In this document: piece after piece, positions 18,958-27,043 of the stretch
How positions within the stretch are numbered: the stretch's first letter is position 1
Layout: the number at the start of each line of letters is the position of its first letter
Assembly (NCBI RefSeq): GCF_000015145.1
Contig: NC_008818.1
Coordinates: forward strand, 1,380,001-1,412,000
Length of the DNA stretch: 32,000 bases
From: Hyperthermus butylicus DSM 5456
GTDB taxonomy: Archaea; Thermoproteota; Thermoprotei_A; Sulfolobales; Pyrodictiaceae
Reading direction: 5' to 3'
Position numbers and translations under genes: made by a program
Notes under the pieces: generated by a model
What the model was told of the DNA's origin: nothing
Databases searched by the model: none
What the model saw: the letters and a program-made list of their open reading frames with translations, nothing else

Positions 18958-20559
18958 GTGATTATTCTCGCCTTGTTCGTAGTACTCCTTCTTCCTGCTA
19001 TAGCTGAAGCCTTTACAAGGCTTGCAAACTATACCGCTGCCCCGGGCATAGTATTAGAATTCAAGTTCCTAAAGCCTACAGCGAAGGGTTTCACCACCTG
19101 GGAGGAGCCAGCTAGAGGAGGAGACATCATAGCAATGATTCACGTTGAAGCTGTAGCCCCAGCAGGTATACAGGGAGACTTTATCCCGCTCTACACCGGC
19201 GCCTACCACGGTAAGCCTATCTACCTACCCTCTAGCGGTATGCTTGGCGATATTGCAAAGGCCTGGGTTAAAGAATACACTAGGAGGGGGAGCAACCCGG
19301 ACACAGTATACTCTGGGCTACTGGTTTTTGTTTCAGTGCTAAACCGTACAGCCCTAAAACACCATGATATGAGAAATGCAGTAATCTACTCCACCGTTGA
19401 CGTGGTGAGCTACAAGCCAGCAGCAATAGCTGCAGGGAAAACATTGAAGTATACGATAAACGTCATAGTAGATCGTAAGCATAGGAATTTAGAGTATAGA
19501 GTCGAAGAGATGAAGGGGCTCTTAGAGACCATGGCGGTAAAAATGGCATCCGACAAGCCGAGATCTACAAATATGCAGGGCTATCAGCTCCAGCCTCAGA
19601 ACCCAGAGGAGTCATGGTACTGTGACGAATTCTCCGAACCAATTGCATCATACTGCTGGCGTCGAGAACTCTACATTGCACCGGGGCATCTAACTGGTAT
19701 CCTACCATCAGACTATTTCAGATGGGAAAACGGTAAGCTATACGTCAAGACACCGCTAATGATAGTCTACAACAAGTACTCCTACTCCGACACAATCACG
19801 GCTAACATAAACCTTGGGTCGACTAATGCTGCAATCTCGATATATGCAACCTTTGGTGCTGGTGAAGGACTCGTAGAGTTATTCAGGGGTGAAAAGGAGA
19901 GCGTACCGGAATTGACTATATGGAAGTCTGGGGATAGGATCTGGGGCGGCGAGAAATACTACTACTCTAGAGCAGAAACAGTTCCCCCCGAACACTGGTG
20001 GTGGGCATGGATATGGGGTAGGCCGGTCTTTGCAGTCTATAGGGAGTACTACTGCCTCTTAGACTGCGAGCCTCTAAGCAATAGCTATGTAATTGCAGCT
20101 GTAACAGATGTTATAACCGAGGGAAGTATTATAGAGGGGGGTGAAGAAAAGAGCAAGCCCGCAGAGCCGCTTATGAGCTACCTCTTTGAGGGAATCGAGT
20201 TAACTAGCGTTGGCACGCTCAATCCGGGCGATTCGCTACCTCTAGGCTCAATATTTAACACCTTTGATACTTGTGGTGCCGACTTTGAGATAGGTATACC
20301 TGTAGGAGCTATTGTTGGCGGGCTCCTGGGGGGCCCTGAGGGCGCCGCGATAGGCTCGGTTTTCGGTGTCTCGGTCTCGGCTGAGGGAGCTAAGATCTAC
20401 ATACTTGGTGGTATAGAGAATGAGGGCAACTATAATGTGCCAGAATATATATGGGTTGGAGCTAGCAAGCTCAAGTATAGGCATGAGCAGTGCTGGCTCT
20501 TCTTCTGTCAGACATGCTATTACAATGTACTGATAGGCATCTACGTGGAGGCTAGGTGA
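18958..20559 (+). CDS. Secreted hypothetical surface protein
   Basis: 533-aa ORF; signal peptide VIILALFVVLLLPAIAEA; extracellular-like composition; C-terminal glycine-zipper-like GAIVGGLLGGPEGAAIGSVFG and Cys-containing CWLFFCQTCYYN. Confidence 0.75.
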   Translation: MIILALFVVLLLPAIAEAFTRLANYTAAPGIVLEFKFLKPTAKGFTTWEEPARGGDIIAMIHVEAVAPAGIQGDFIPLYTGAYHGKPIYLPSSGMLGDIAKAWVKEYTRRGSNPDTVYSGLLVFVSVLNRTALKHHDMRNAVIYSTVDVVSYKPAAIAAGKTLKYTINVIVDRKHRNLEYRVEEMKGLLETMAVKMASDKPRSTNMQGYQLQPQNPEESWYCDEFSEPIASYCWRRELYIAPGHLTGILPSDYFRWENGKLYVKTPLMIVYNKYSYSDTITANINLGSTNAAISIYATFGAGEGLVELFRGEKESVPELTIWKSGDRIWGGEKYYYSRAETVPPEHWWWAWIWGRPVFAVYREYYCLLDCEPLSNSYVIAAVTDVITEGSIIEGGEEKSKPAEPLMSYLFEGIELTSVGTLNPGDSLPLGSIFNTFDTCGADFEIGIPVGAIVGGLLGGPEGAAIGSVFGVSVSAEGAKIYILGGIENEGNYNVPEYIWVGASKLKYRHEQCWLFFCQTCYYNVLIGIYVEAR

Positions 20560-21374
20560 TCCTCTAAGCCTTCGTGGCACCCCTTTCCGCGATATTTTTC
20601 TTCGTACCCCACTCGTGGGTATGGAAGATCTGGGCCGTTAGCTATACATGCTAAGCAAGCCGTTTTTGGGTGTATTTGTGCTCAGCTCATTTCTAGCTCC
20701 CTGTCGATTTTCAGAACCCCCTTGAAGCTTTCATGGTTCTGTGGCGTTGCTGCTTGTATGTGACTGCATGCAACAAGATAAATATGGATGTATGGTGTCT
20801 GTTCTAGGTGCTCTTGTATTGAATGGCTAGGGTCTAGCATCGGGCTGAGCAATTTTATTTCATCGCTGCGTTGCCCGATGTTTAGGCTGGAACCCTTCAC
20901 CGGATGCAGCTTCGACCGTATCTACTGCTATGCGAGATGGAGGCTGTGAACTCATGGATCTCTATGGATCTCTAGGGTTAAGCGGTACGTGGCGCGGTAG
21001 TTTGAGAAGGTGGCCGCGAGGCTGCCCAGTGATATGTCTAGGCCGCTCTTTGGACCTGCAGTGTTCAGCGTCTCTTCTAACACTTTAACGGCAGAGTGCC
21101 AGGTATTGTTAAGTCACTACTCCGGATTGCATGAGGGTTTCCTTCATGGTTGACACTGGGGGGCGACTAGTGTTGTTGACGTGTGGATTGGAGCGTGTCT
21201 GCATCTGAGCATGTGCGCGTTAGTTTGGTCTCGTGGAGCCCCAAGAGGCAGGTTGGGAGCTGTGCCGGTGGAGACTTTCCGAGACAAGCCTCTGGAACAA
21301 TGGACGGTATACGTGATGGGCTCTGTACATCCACGAGGCTTGGAGAAAACCGGAAGCCGTAAAGTGGAGCCTAG

Positions 21375-22664
21375 GTGCTGGGGTTGCGTTGGCAGTATAG
21401 CGTGGTGGCAGCGGCGGGGCAGCAGTGTTGGCCTCGCACCGTGGCGCCGGGGTGCCCCGTATCACTGCTAGCGGTTGTTATTGGAAGCGTTTTCCTGGCC
21501 AGTATCGGGTTTGGCTTGTCTAGGCTGGCGCTTGCCAAGTATCTCCGCGACGATCTTGGCGCCTCGGCGCTAGTTGTTTCGAGCCTTACGAGCTGGTTTA
21601 TGGGTGCCAGGGCGTTCTCCTCAATACTCTCCGGCATTGCTGCTGATACCTTGCCATCTGCGAGGAGGATGCTCATGATTCTCCCACTGGGCCTCACAGC
21701 AGTTATCGTCTACACTATTCCGTCTCTAGAGTCTCCAATCGCCATATTGTTTCTCAACGCGCTATGGGGGTTTCTGAGCGGCGCAGTCTGGCCAGTTGTA
21801 CAGACAGCAGCAGCTATGCTAGCTGGGCCCTGGAGTTCCACGGTCATGTCGGTATACTTTGCCTCGGGGAGCCTTGGCACTACAGCTGGCCAGTATCTCT
21901 ACGGTGTACTCACAGTCGATAACCCAGGAGCAGTTAGGCTATCCGCATTATTCTTCGCCTCCTCAGCAGCCATGCTAGCCTATGTCTCTCATGCAGCTCC
22001 GGCAGCTGGCATCCGCGGGAGGAGAAGGAGCAGGAGCGGCCTGAAAGCCGTACTCGGGACTCTTAGGAGGGACAGGTTTGCCTCGTGGATACTCCTCTCA
22101 GCCCTGGCTGCAGGCTACCTCTCCGGTCTCCTCCGAGAATTCCTCTACGTATACCTCGGCGAGGTCTACGGCCTAGACCGCCAAGAGCTAGCATCAACCC
22201 TGGCGCTGGCGGACCTGGCAGCATTTGCTGTCGGGCTCGCGGTAGGCCAGCTTGCCGACCGGCTCGGCGTAGCCCCCGTAATAGCAGCAGTACTCGCAAC
22301 CGGGCTCGCTGGTAGCCTAGCCCTAGGCCTCTCAACCAGCCTACCAGTAGCCATGATCGGGCTTGCTCTCGCGCTCACCGCTACTAGGAGCAGTCTACCA
22401 CTAACGAGGAATGCTGCTGCGTTCAGCGCTGAGTACCGTGCAACACTCGTAGGCGCCTCCAACACGCTCTCAAACATAGGCCACCTAGCCAGCCCCATAA
22501 TCGCTGGAAAGCTCTACGACACGCTCTACGGCAGCACCATAGCTGGTATAAGAGGCGAAGCAACACCATTCCTAACAGCCGCCATACTACTCGCACCAAC
22601 ACTAGCACTATACCCGGTATGCGTCAGGACGAAACAATACACGCGTCCTGTAGACCGGGTATAG
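21375..22664 (+). CDS. Major facilitator superfamily transporter
   Basis: Polytopic 12-TM-like protein: SLLAVVIGSVFLASIGFGLSRLALAKYLRDDLGASALVVSSLTSWFMGARAFSSILSGIAAD. The real start may be downstream of the track start (near VSLLAVV). Confidence 0.82.
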   Translation: MLGLRWQYSVVAAAGQQCWPRTVAPGCPVSLLAVVIGSVFLASIGFGLSRLALAKYLRDDLGASALVVSSLTSWFMGARAFSSILSGIAADTLPSARRMLMILPLGLTAVIVYTIPSLESPIAILFLNALWGFLSGAVWPVVQTAAAMLAGPWSSTVMSVYFASGSLGTTAGQYLYGVLTVDNPGAVRLSALFFASSAAMLAYVSHAAPAAGIRGRRRSRSGLKAVLGTLRRDRFASWILLSALAAGYLSGLLREFLYVYLGEVYGLDRQELASTLALADLAAFAVGLAVGQLADRLGVAPVIAAVLATGLAGSLALGLSTSLPVAMIGLALALTATRSSLPLTRNAAAFSAEYRATLVGASNTLSNIGHLASPIIAGKLYDTLYGSTIAGIRGEATPFLTAAILLAPTLALYPVCVRTKQYTRPVDRV

Positions 22665-23034
22665 CAGAACAGCCTTTCTATCCTCGGCTCACAGTTGAAG
22701 CCCACAAGCATAACATGCCAGCTGCAAATCATATGGGCTACAAGTGGCCTCTCCCGAGGACATTGCTAAAAGTTAACGCAGTGAATCCTAAGGGAGGAAA
22801 TACCGTAAATGCTTGTAGCTCTCAGTAATAGCCAGTACCAGTGTTGCCGCAAGCGCAGCGGTTACGGCTAGAAATAACAAGGTACTCTATCAACACATCC
22901 CGCGCTATTCATGTACAGCCCTTCTGTGTAATAGTGTCTTACTAGCGGTTAGCGGATAGTTGTAGAACAATTTGTTGGTGCTGCCCCACTAATATGAGCT
23001 GGCCACCCTAACCATTAGAGACTGGGGGTACTAG

Positions 23035-23462
23035 TTGAGTATCGAGGAGTACAAACTGCTAATACATAGGAGCAGGATGTTCCTAGAGGAAGCCCGTGAA
23101 GCTTATGGTGGGGAACGCTATGATTTAGCGGTGTTTCTTGCTGAGCAAGCTTTACAGCTCTACCTCAAAGCACAGCTCCTCCGTGTACTTGGAGACTATC
23201 ACGTACGCATAGTATCCGGCAGCTGCTTGCTATGCTCTCAAAAGCACTTGGCGGAGACTCTGAGAAGGAGATAACCGAGTTTATGAGGCGTGAAAGGCCT
23301 CGTCTATCAGAGCTGGAGGATGTGTACATAGCTTCCCGGTATGGTATCCGTACCTATACGAGGGACGATGCAGAGGACATATTATACACTGTGGAGAGAG
23401 TGATTAATCTTGTCGAGGAGCTACTCAGACGTGTTGCTCGAGGTGATGCTAGAGAGAGCTAG
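23035..23462 (+). CDS. HEPN domain protein (partner of MNT), interrupted by a one-base deletion
   Basis: ORFs 23035..23274 and 23232..23462 merge if one C is restored at about 23200 (tat Cca cgt acg cat agt atc cgg), giving ...LLRVLGDYPRTHSIRQLLAMLSKALGGDSEKEITEFMRRERPRLSELEDVYIASRYG..., a typical HEPN helical protein. Confidence 0.8.
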
Positions 23463-23763
23463 CTTGCTCAAGAGCTGGAGGCAGCTCGTGAAGAAAGCAG
23501 TGGATGCGATAAAGGAGGTCTGCCCGGAGGCCCACGTATACATTACTGGCAGTATTGTAAAAGGTGAATGGATTGCAGCCAGCGATATAGACCTCATAAT
23601 CGTACTTACCCGTGAGCCAGACATGCGGGAAGCGGCACGAATAATAGAGCATGTGTGGAAAAAGCTAGGACTACTACACACTCATCCACTTGAAATACAT
23701 GTAACCGGGCCCGAGGGCTTAGAGAGGTATAAGAGGAAAGGCGTGCTCGTACAGCTTGCGTGA
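23410..23763 (+). CDS. MNT-type minimal nucleotidyltransferase
   Basis: Signature VYITGSIVKGEWIAASDIDLIIVL (GSx3Gx5SDxD) and downstream LEIHV; overlaps the HEPN gene. Confidence 0.9.
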   Translation: MSRSYSDVLLEVMLERASLLKSWRQLVKKAVDAIKEVCPEAHVYITGSIVKGEWIAASDIDLIIVLTREPDMREAARIIEHVWKKLGLLHTHPLEIHVTGPEGLERYKRKGVLVQLA

Positions 23764-23781
23764 AGACATGCGGATAAAACA

Positions 23782-24060
23782 TTATGCTCTGATAGCGTTT
23801 ATGGTGCTACCCCCCATTCCTAGCCTCCAATTTATCCGTCTTAGCTTCTCGTCGAATGCAACAAATACAGCATCGTAGCTTATTGCGGTGACTACCATAT
23901 CGGAGCTAACAATAGCAGCATAATCCTTCTACGTGTTGCTTTCCACTCCAAGGAAGCAGGAAGCAATAGTAGCCGTATAGAGCACAGCAATAGCGAGCTT
24001 CAGCTCCACAGCGATAACATTATTTCCCTCTTGAACCCAGGTCGGACCCAGCTCTTTCAT
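23782..24060 (-). pseudogene. Decayed PIN/VapC-like gene with in-frame amber codon
   Basis: Minus-strand frame from ATG at 24060: MKELGPTWVQEGNNVIAVELKLAIAVLYTATIASCFLGVESNT*KDYAAIVSSDMVVTAISYDAVFVAFDEKLRRINWRLGMGGSTINAIRA*. The single in-frame TAG is at 23929-23931. The C-terminal half looks like the end of a PIN domain. Confidence 0.45.
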
Positions 24061-24187
24061 TCACCCGGCGTTTAAGATAGACGCTACTGTTAGAGCCTTG
24101 TAGCGGTCTACCCCGGATCTGGAAGGGTTGTAGCTGGGGTGTTGGCTGCTGGGCCGGCGTAGGGGGCGTAGGATCAAGGATAAGGAC

Positions 24188-24967
24188 TTGTTTGAGACTG
24201 TGGAGGAGGTCTGGGATAGTCAGACCCTGCTGGCGGCCTACGAGGTTATGAGGAGGCTCCGCATAGACCGTTTTGCTGGCGTTGTTAGTGCGGGGAAGGA
24301 GGCCCGGGTCTACCGGGCGATCGGAAGGGACGGCAAGGAGTACGCCGTGAAGATCTACCTTACGGTTACCGCTGAGTTCCGGAAGAGCATCCAGAAGTAC
24401 CTCCTTGGCGACCCTCGGTTCGAGGGCGTAGACATAAGCAATACCAAGAAGCTGTTCTTCGCCTGGGCCCGCAAGGAGTACCGGAACTTGAAGAGAATGT
24501 GGGAGGCTGGCGTAAACGTCCCCCGGCCGTACCTGGTCTACCAGAACATCATAGTGATGGAGTTTCTGGGCCGCAACGGGCTCAGAGCCCCGACACTACA
24601 CGAGGTAAAGCACGAGCTGGAGCCCGAGGAGGCGGAGAAGCTGGCGTGGGAGGCGGTAGACCAGTATGCCCGCATCTACTGCTGCGCTAGGCTGGTACAC
24701 GCCGACTATAGCGAGTACAACCTAATGCTCCTAGACGGCAAGCTATACGTGATAGATGTGGCCCAGGCTGTCTCGCTGGAACACCCCAACGCCGAGGACT
24801 TCCTACGTCACGACATTGAGAACATATACCGGTTCTTCCATAAACAACTCGGCGTGGAGCTACCCGAGCCCCAGGAGCTACTCGAGAGGGTGAAACAATG
24901 CAGGATACAGTGCGTCGAGAGGAAAGTGGAGGAGGAAACTCAGCGGGCCAGCAGGAGGGCAGGGTGA
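24188..24967 (+). CDS. rio1: RIO1 family serine/threonine protein kinase
   Basis: VVSAGKEARVYRAIGRDGKEYAVKIY, LFFAWARKEYRNLKRMWEAGVNVPRP, LVHADYSEYNLML and VIDVAQAVSLEHPNAEDFLRHDIENI are canonical RIO1 motifs. Coding may extend upstream (RRRGRRIKDKD) to about 24146. Confidence 0.96.
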   Translation: MFETVEEVWDSQTLLAAYEVMRRLRIDRFAGVVSAGKEARVYRAIGRDGKEYAVKIYLTVTAEFRKSIQKYLLGDPRFEGVDISNTKKLFFAWARKEYRNLKRMWEAGVNVPRPYLVYQNIIVMEFLGRNGLRAPTLHEVKHELEPEEAEKLAWEAVDQYARIYCCARLVHADYSEYNLMLLDGKLYVIDVAQAVSLEHPNAEDFLRHDIENIYRFFHKQLGVELPEPQELLERVKQCRIQCVERKVEEETQRASRRAG

Positions 24968-25542
24968 CCCCAGGCCTCCTAAGGCTCTACGCTAAGGTGC
25001 CACCGGACCGTATCGGCGTGCTGATAGGCGAAGGCGGCAAGGTGAAGATAGAGGTTATGAAGAGGACCAGGACAAAGATAACCGTGGACAGCACCACCGG
25101 CATGGTTATAATTGAGCCTGAGTCGCCAGACGTGCCACCATACATGGTTATGAAGGCCCAGGAGTTCGTACGGGCAATAGCATACGGCTTCAGCCCCGAG
25201 CGCGCCATGAGGGTTCTCGACGACGACCAGGTACTAGTAGTGATAGATCTCAAGCAGTACGTAGGCGATAGCCCTAACCACCTGCAGAGGGTGAAGGGCA
25301 GGATCATAGGCGAGAAGGGCAGAGCTAGGAAGACCATAGAGGAGATGACTGGCACCTACATATCAATCTACGACAACTACGTCGCAATAATCGGGGACTT
25401 CGAAACAGCAAACATAGCAAAACAGGCAATAGAAATGCTGATACAGGGCAGGCAACACAGCACAGTCTACAGGTTCCTGGAGAGAACAATGTTCAGGCTA
25501 CGCCGCGCACGCATGACCGAGCTATGGGAACAGCCATTCTAA
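24898..25542 (+). CDS. KH-domain RNA-binding protein (archaeal Pno1/Krr1/Dim2-like)
   Basis: Two KH-like cores: IGVLIGEGGKVKIEVMKRTRTKITVD and RVKGRIIGEKGRARKTIEEMTGTYISIYDNYVAIIG; overlaps the RIO1 gene by 70 nt. Confidence 0.95.
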   Translation: MQDTVRREESGGGNSAGQQEGRVTPGLLRLYAKVPPDRIGVLIGEGGKVKIEVMKRTRTKITVDSTTGMVIIEPESPDVPPYMVMKAQEFVRAIAYGFSPERAMRVLDDDQVLVVIDLKQYVGDSPNHLQRVKGRIIGEKGRARKTIEEMTGTYISIYDNYVAIIGDFETANIAKQAIEMLIQGRQHSTVYRFLERTMFRLRRARMTELWEQPF

Positions 25543-25844
25543 CCCCATTCCATCGGGGATGACGAAAGCCAGGATTACCGACAAGTGATGATTCTCCCGA
25601 AGCCCGACCCCTACCCATGCTGATCTACCAAGCTTAAGATAGTACCACGAATGCTTACCGTTAAAAAGTTTAAAAGTCCCACACCAGGTCACTTCATAAC
25701 GATATAGGTATGCTGGAAAAGGGTAGCCTACCCAGACTATCATACAAAGCGATGGTATCTCGAAAATTATACTTCAAAGAATGATTCTATCCCATATAGG
25801 CATAGTGGTGTCCTGCAGGAGGAACATAGTAGAAGAACGGGGCC

Positions 25845-25879
25845 CCTGGGAGCCCCAGTAATACTAGGGGGTTCCCAGG
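25845..25879. repeat. Strong intergenic stem-loop
   Basis: cctgggagcccc (25845-25856) pairs over 12 bp (one G:U) with ggggttcccagg (25868-25879); loop agtaatactag; T-run tttttgtg about 30 nt downstream. Confidence 0.7.
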
Positions 25880-26057
25880 TATTTAAACATATTGATTAGT
25901 GGTCTTTTTGTGAGCTAATCCTCGATGGTATACCAGTGTACCAGTCTTAGGAGGCGCTCGTCATAGACCCGATGAATGAGCGGTAACAGCTTTTTACTAG
26001 CCCCCCTCATCCTCCGAGGCCAAACTAGAGTGTAGAATTGCCATGGTTACCGTGTAA

Positions 26058-26325
26058 AGTGATAAGCTCGACGAGGTAAGCTTCTACCTCCAAACAATCC
26101 GCCGTGCTAGGGACGAAGCTGTCCGCAAAGTGTTCGAGGATGTTGCACGGGAGGAGAAAATCCATATAGGCGAGTGCGTTCGGCTTTTACTACTACGCTG
26201 TTATTGCTCTCCTAAAACAGCTTGACCCCGAGCAAGCCCAGGCGTTTGAGGAAGGATTACGGGAAGTAGCCGAACTCCTAGACGAACATGCAGCCAGGGG
26301 CGTCAGCGGCAGCAAGCAGAGCTAG
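26058..26325 (+). pseudogene. Decayed ferritin-like/rubrerythrin-like gene
   Basis: Frame one reads SDKLDEVSFYLQTIRRARDEAVRKVFEDVAREEKIHIGE; then a one-base frame change gives FYYYAVIALLKQLDPEQAQAFEEGLREVAELLDEHAARGVSGSKQS*. The REEKIHIGE and LDPEQ segments resemble ferritin-like proteins. Preceded in frame by TAA at 26055. Confidence 0.65.
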
Positions 26326-26397
26326 CAAATGCACAAATATAGCACACATGGAAGCGCGCCAGGGCTCCTCCAGCGAGCTCTGCACCCGGCGGTTTTC

Positions 26398-27015
26398 CTA
26401 GCTGGTCGCCTCCACGGGTATCTCTGCAACGGTATAGTAGTTGTCGCTTATCCGTATTAGCACGTGTATAGTGTACTGGTAGCCACCCACGGGACCATAT
26501 TCAACTCTCACGGTCACCGGGATCCCGGGCTCAAGCACACCTACATCATACAGCCTCAGTGCCACACAGTTCTGGATGAAGCTCGAAAGTTGATAGTAGC
26601 CATTCCCATAGGCTATGTAGACGTTGCGGCAGGGCGCGGTGATGCTGGCTAGTTGATTCCAGCCCGTGGGACTACTTGCATCTGCTATCTCGGAGGCTAG
26701 TATGTAGACATTAAAATCATAGTTTGAAGGCGGTGCTATCCTGGACGTGTTCCTGTCGAACGCTATAACGGTCACGTAGAGCCTCACTGGAGCTTCTAAA
26801 GCCTCGCCATAAATGTTTACGACTGTTACATTATCCTCGCCGTAGACAGGTACCGCGCTTATAGCAGCAGATGTCCTCGCGATAAGCGATGCTATCTCAT
26901 TACCCGTACGCTGTGCCGCGATAAGCGGAGTAAGGTAGTAGATAAGACCATAAGCTATAACCAGAGCCACGCCAACCATTATAGCGGTGGAAATCAATTC
27001 AGCTTGACCACGCAT
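26398..27015 (-). CDS. Pilin-like/membrane-tethered surface protein
   Basis: MRGQAELISTAIMVGVALVIAYGLIYYLTPLIAAQ at the N-terminus is like archaeal type IV pilin/archaellin-fold proteins, followed by a beta-rich ectodomain. The track start at 27144 is probably too far upstream. Confidence 0.7.
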   Translation of the reverse strand: MRGQAELISTAIMVGVALVIAYGLIYYLTPLIAAQRTGNEIASLIARTSAAISAVPVYGEDNVTVVNIYGEALEAPVRLYVTVIAFDRNTSRIAPPSNYDFNVYILASEIADASSPTGWNQLASITAPCRNVYIAYGNGYYQLSSFIQNCVALRLYDVGVLEPGIPVTVRVEYGPVGGYQYTIHVLIRISDNYYTVAEIPVEATS

Positions 27016-27043
27016 AGTCACAAGCACCTCGTCCCTACGTCCC

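Noticed and set aside
21181-21471. 96-aa ORF upstream of and overlapping the MFS gene
   Set aside because: Composition rich in Trp/Arg/Gly without a family match, and it overlaps the start of the transporter; likely chance.
22063-22498. Short ORFs antisense or out of frame within the MFS transporter
   Set aside because: Shadow ORFs of a long, membrane-protein-like reading frame.
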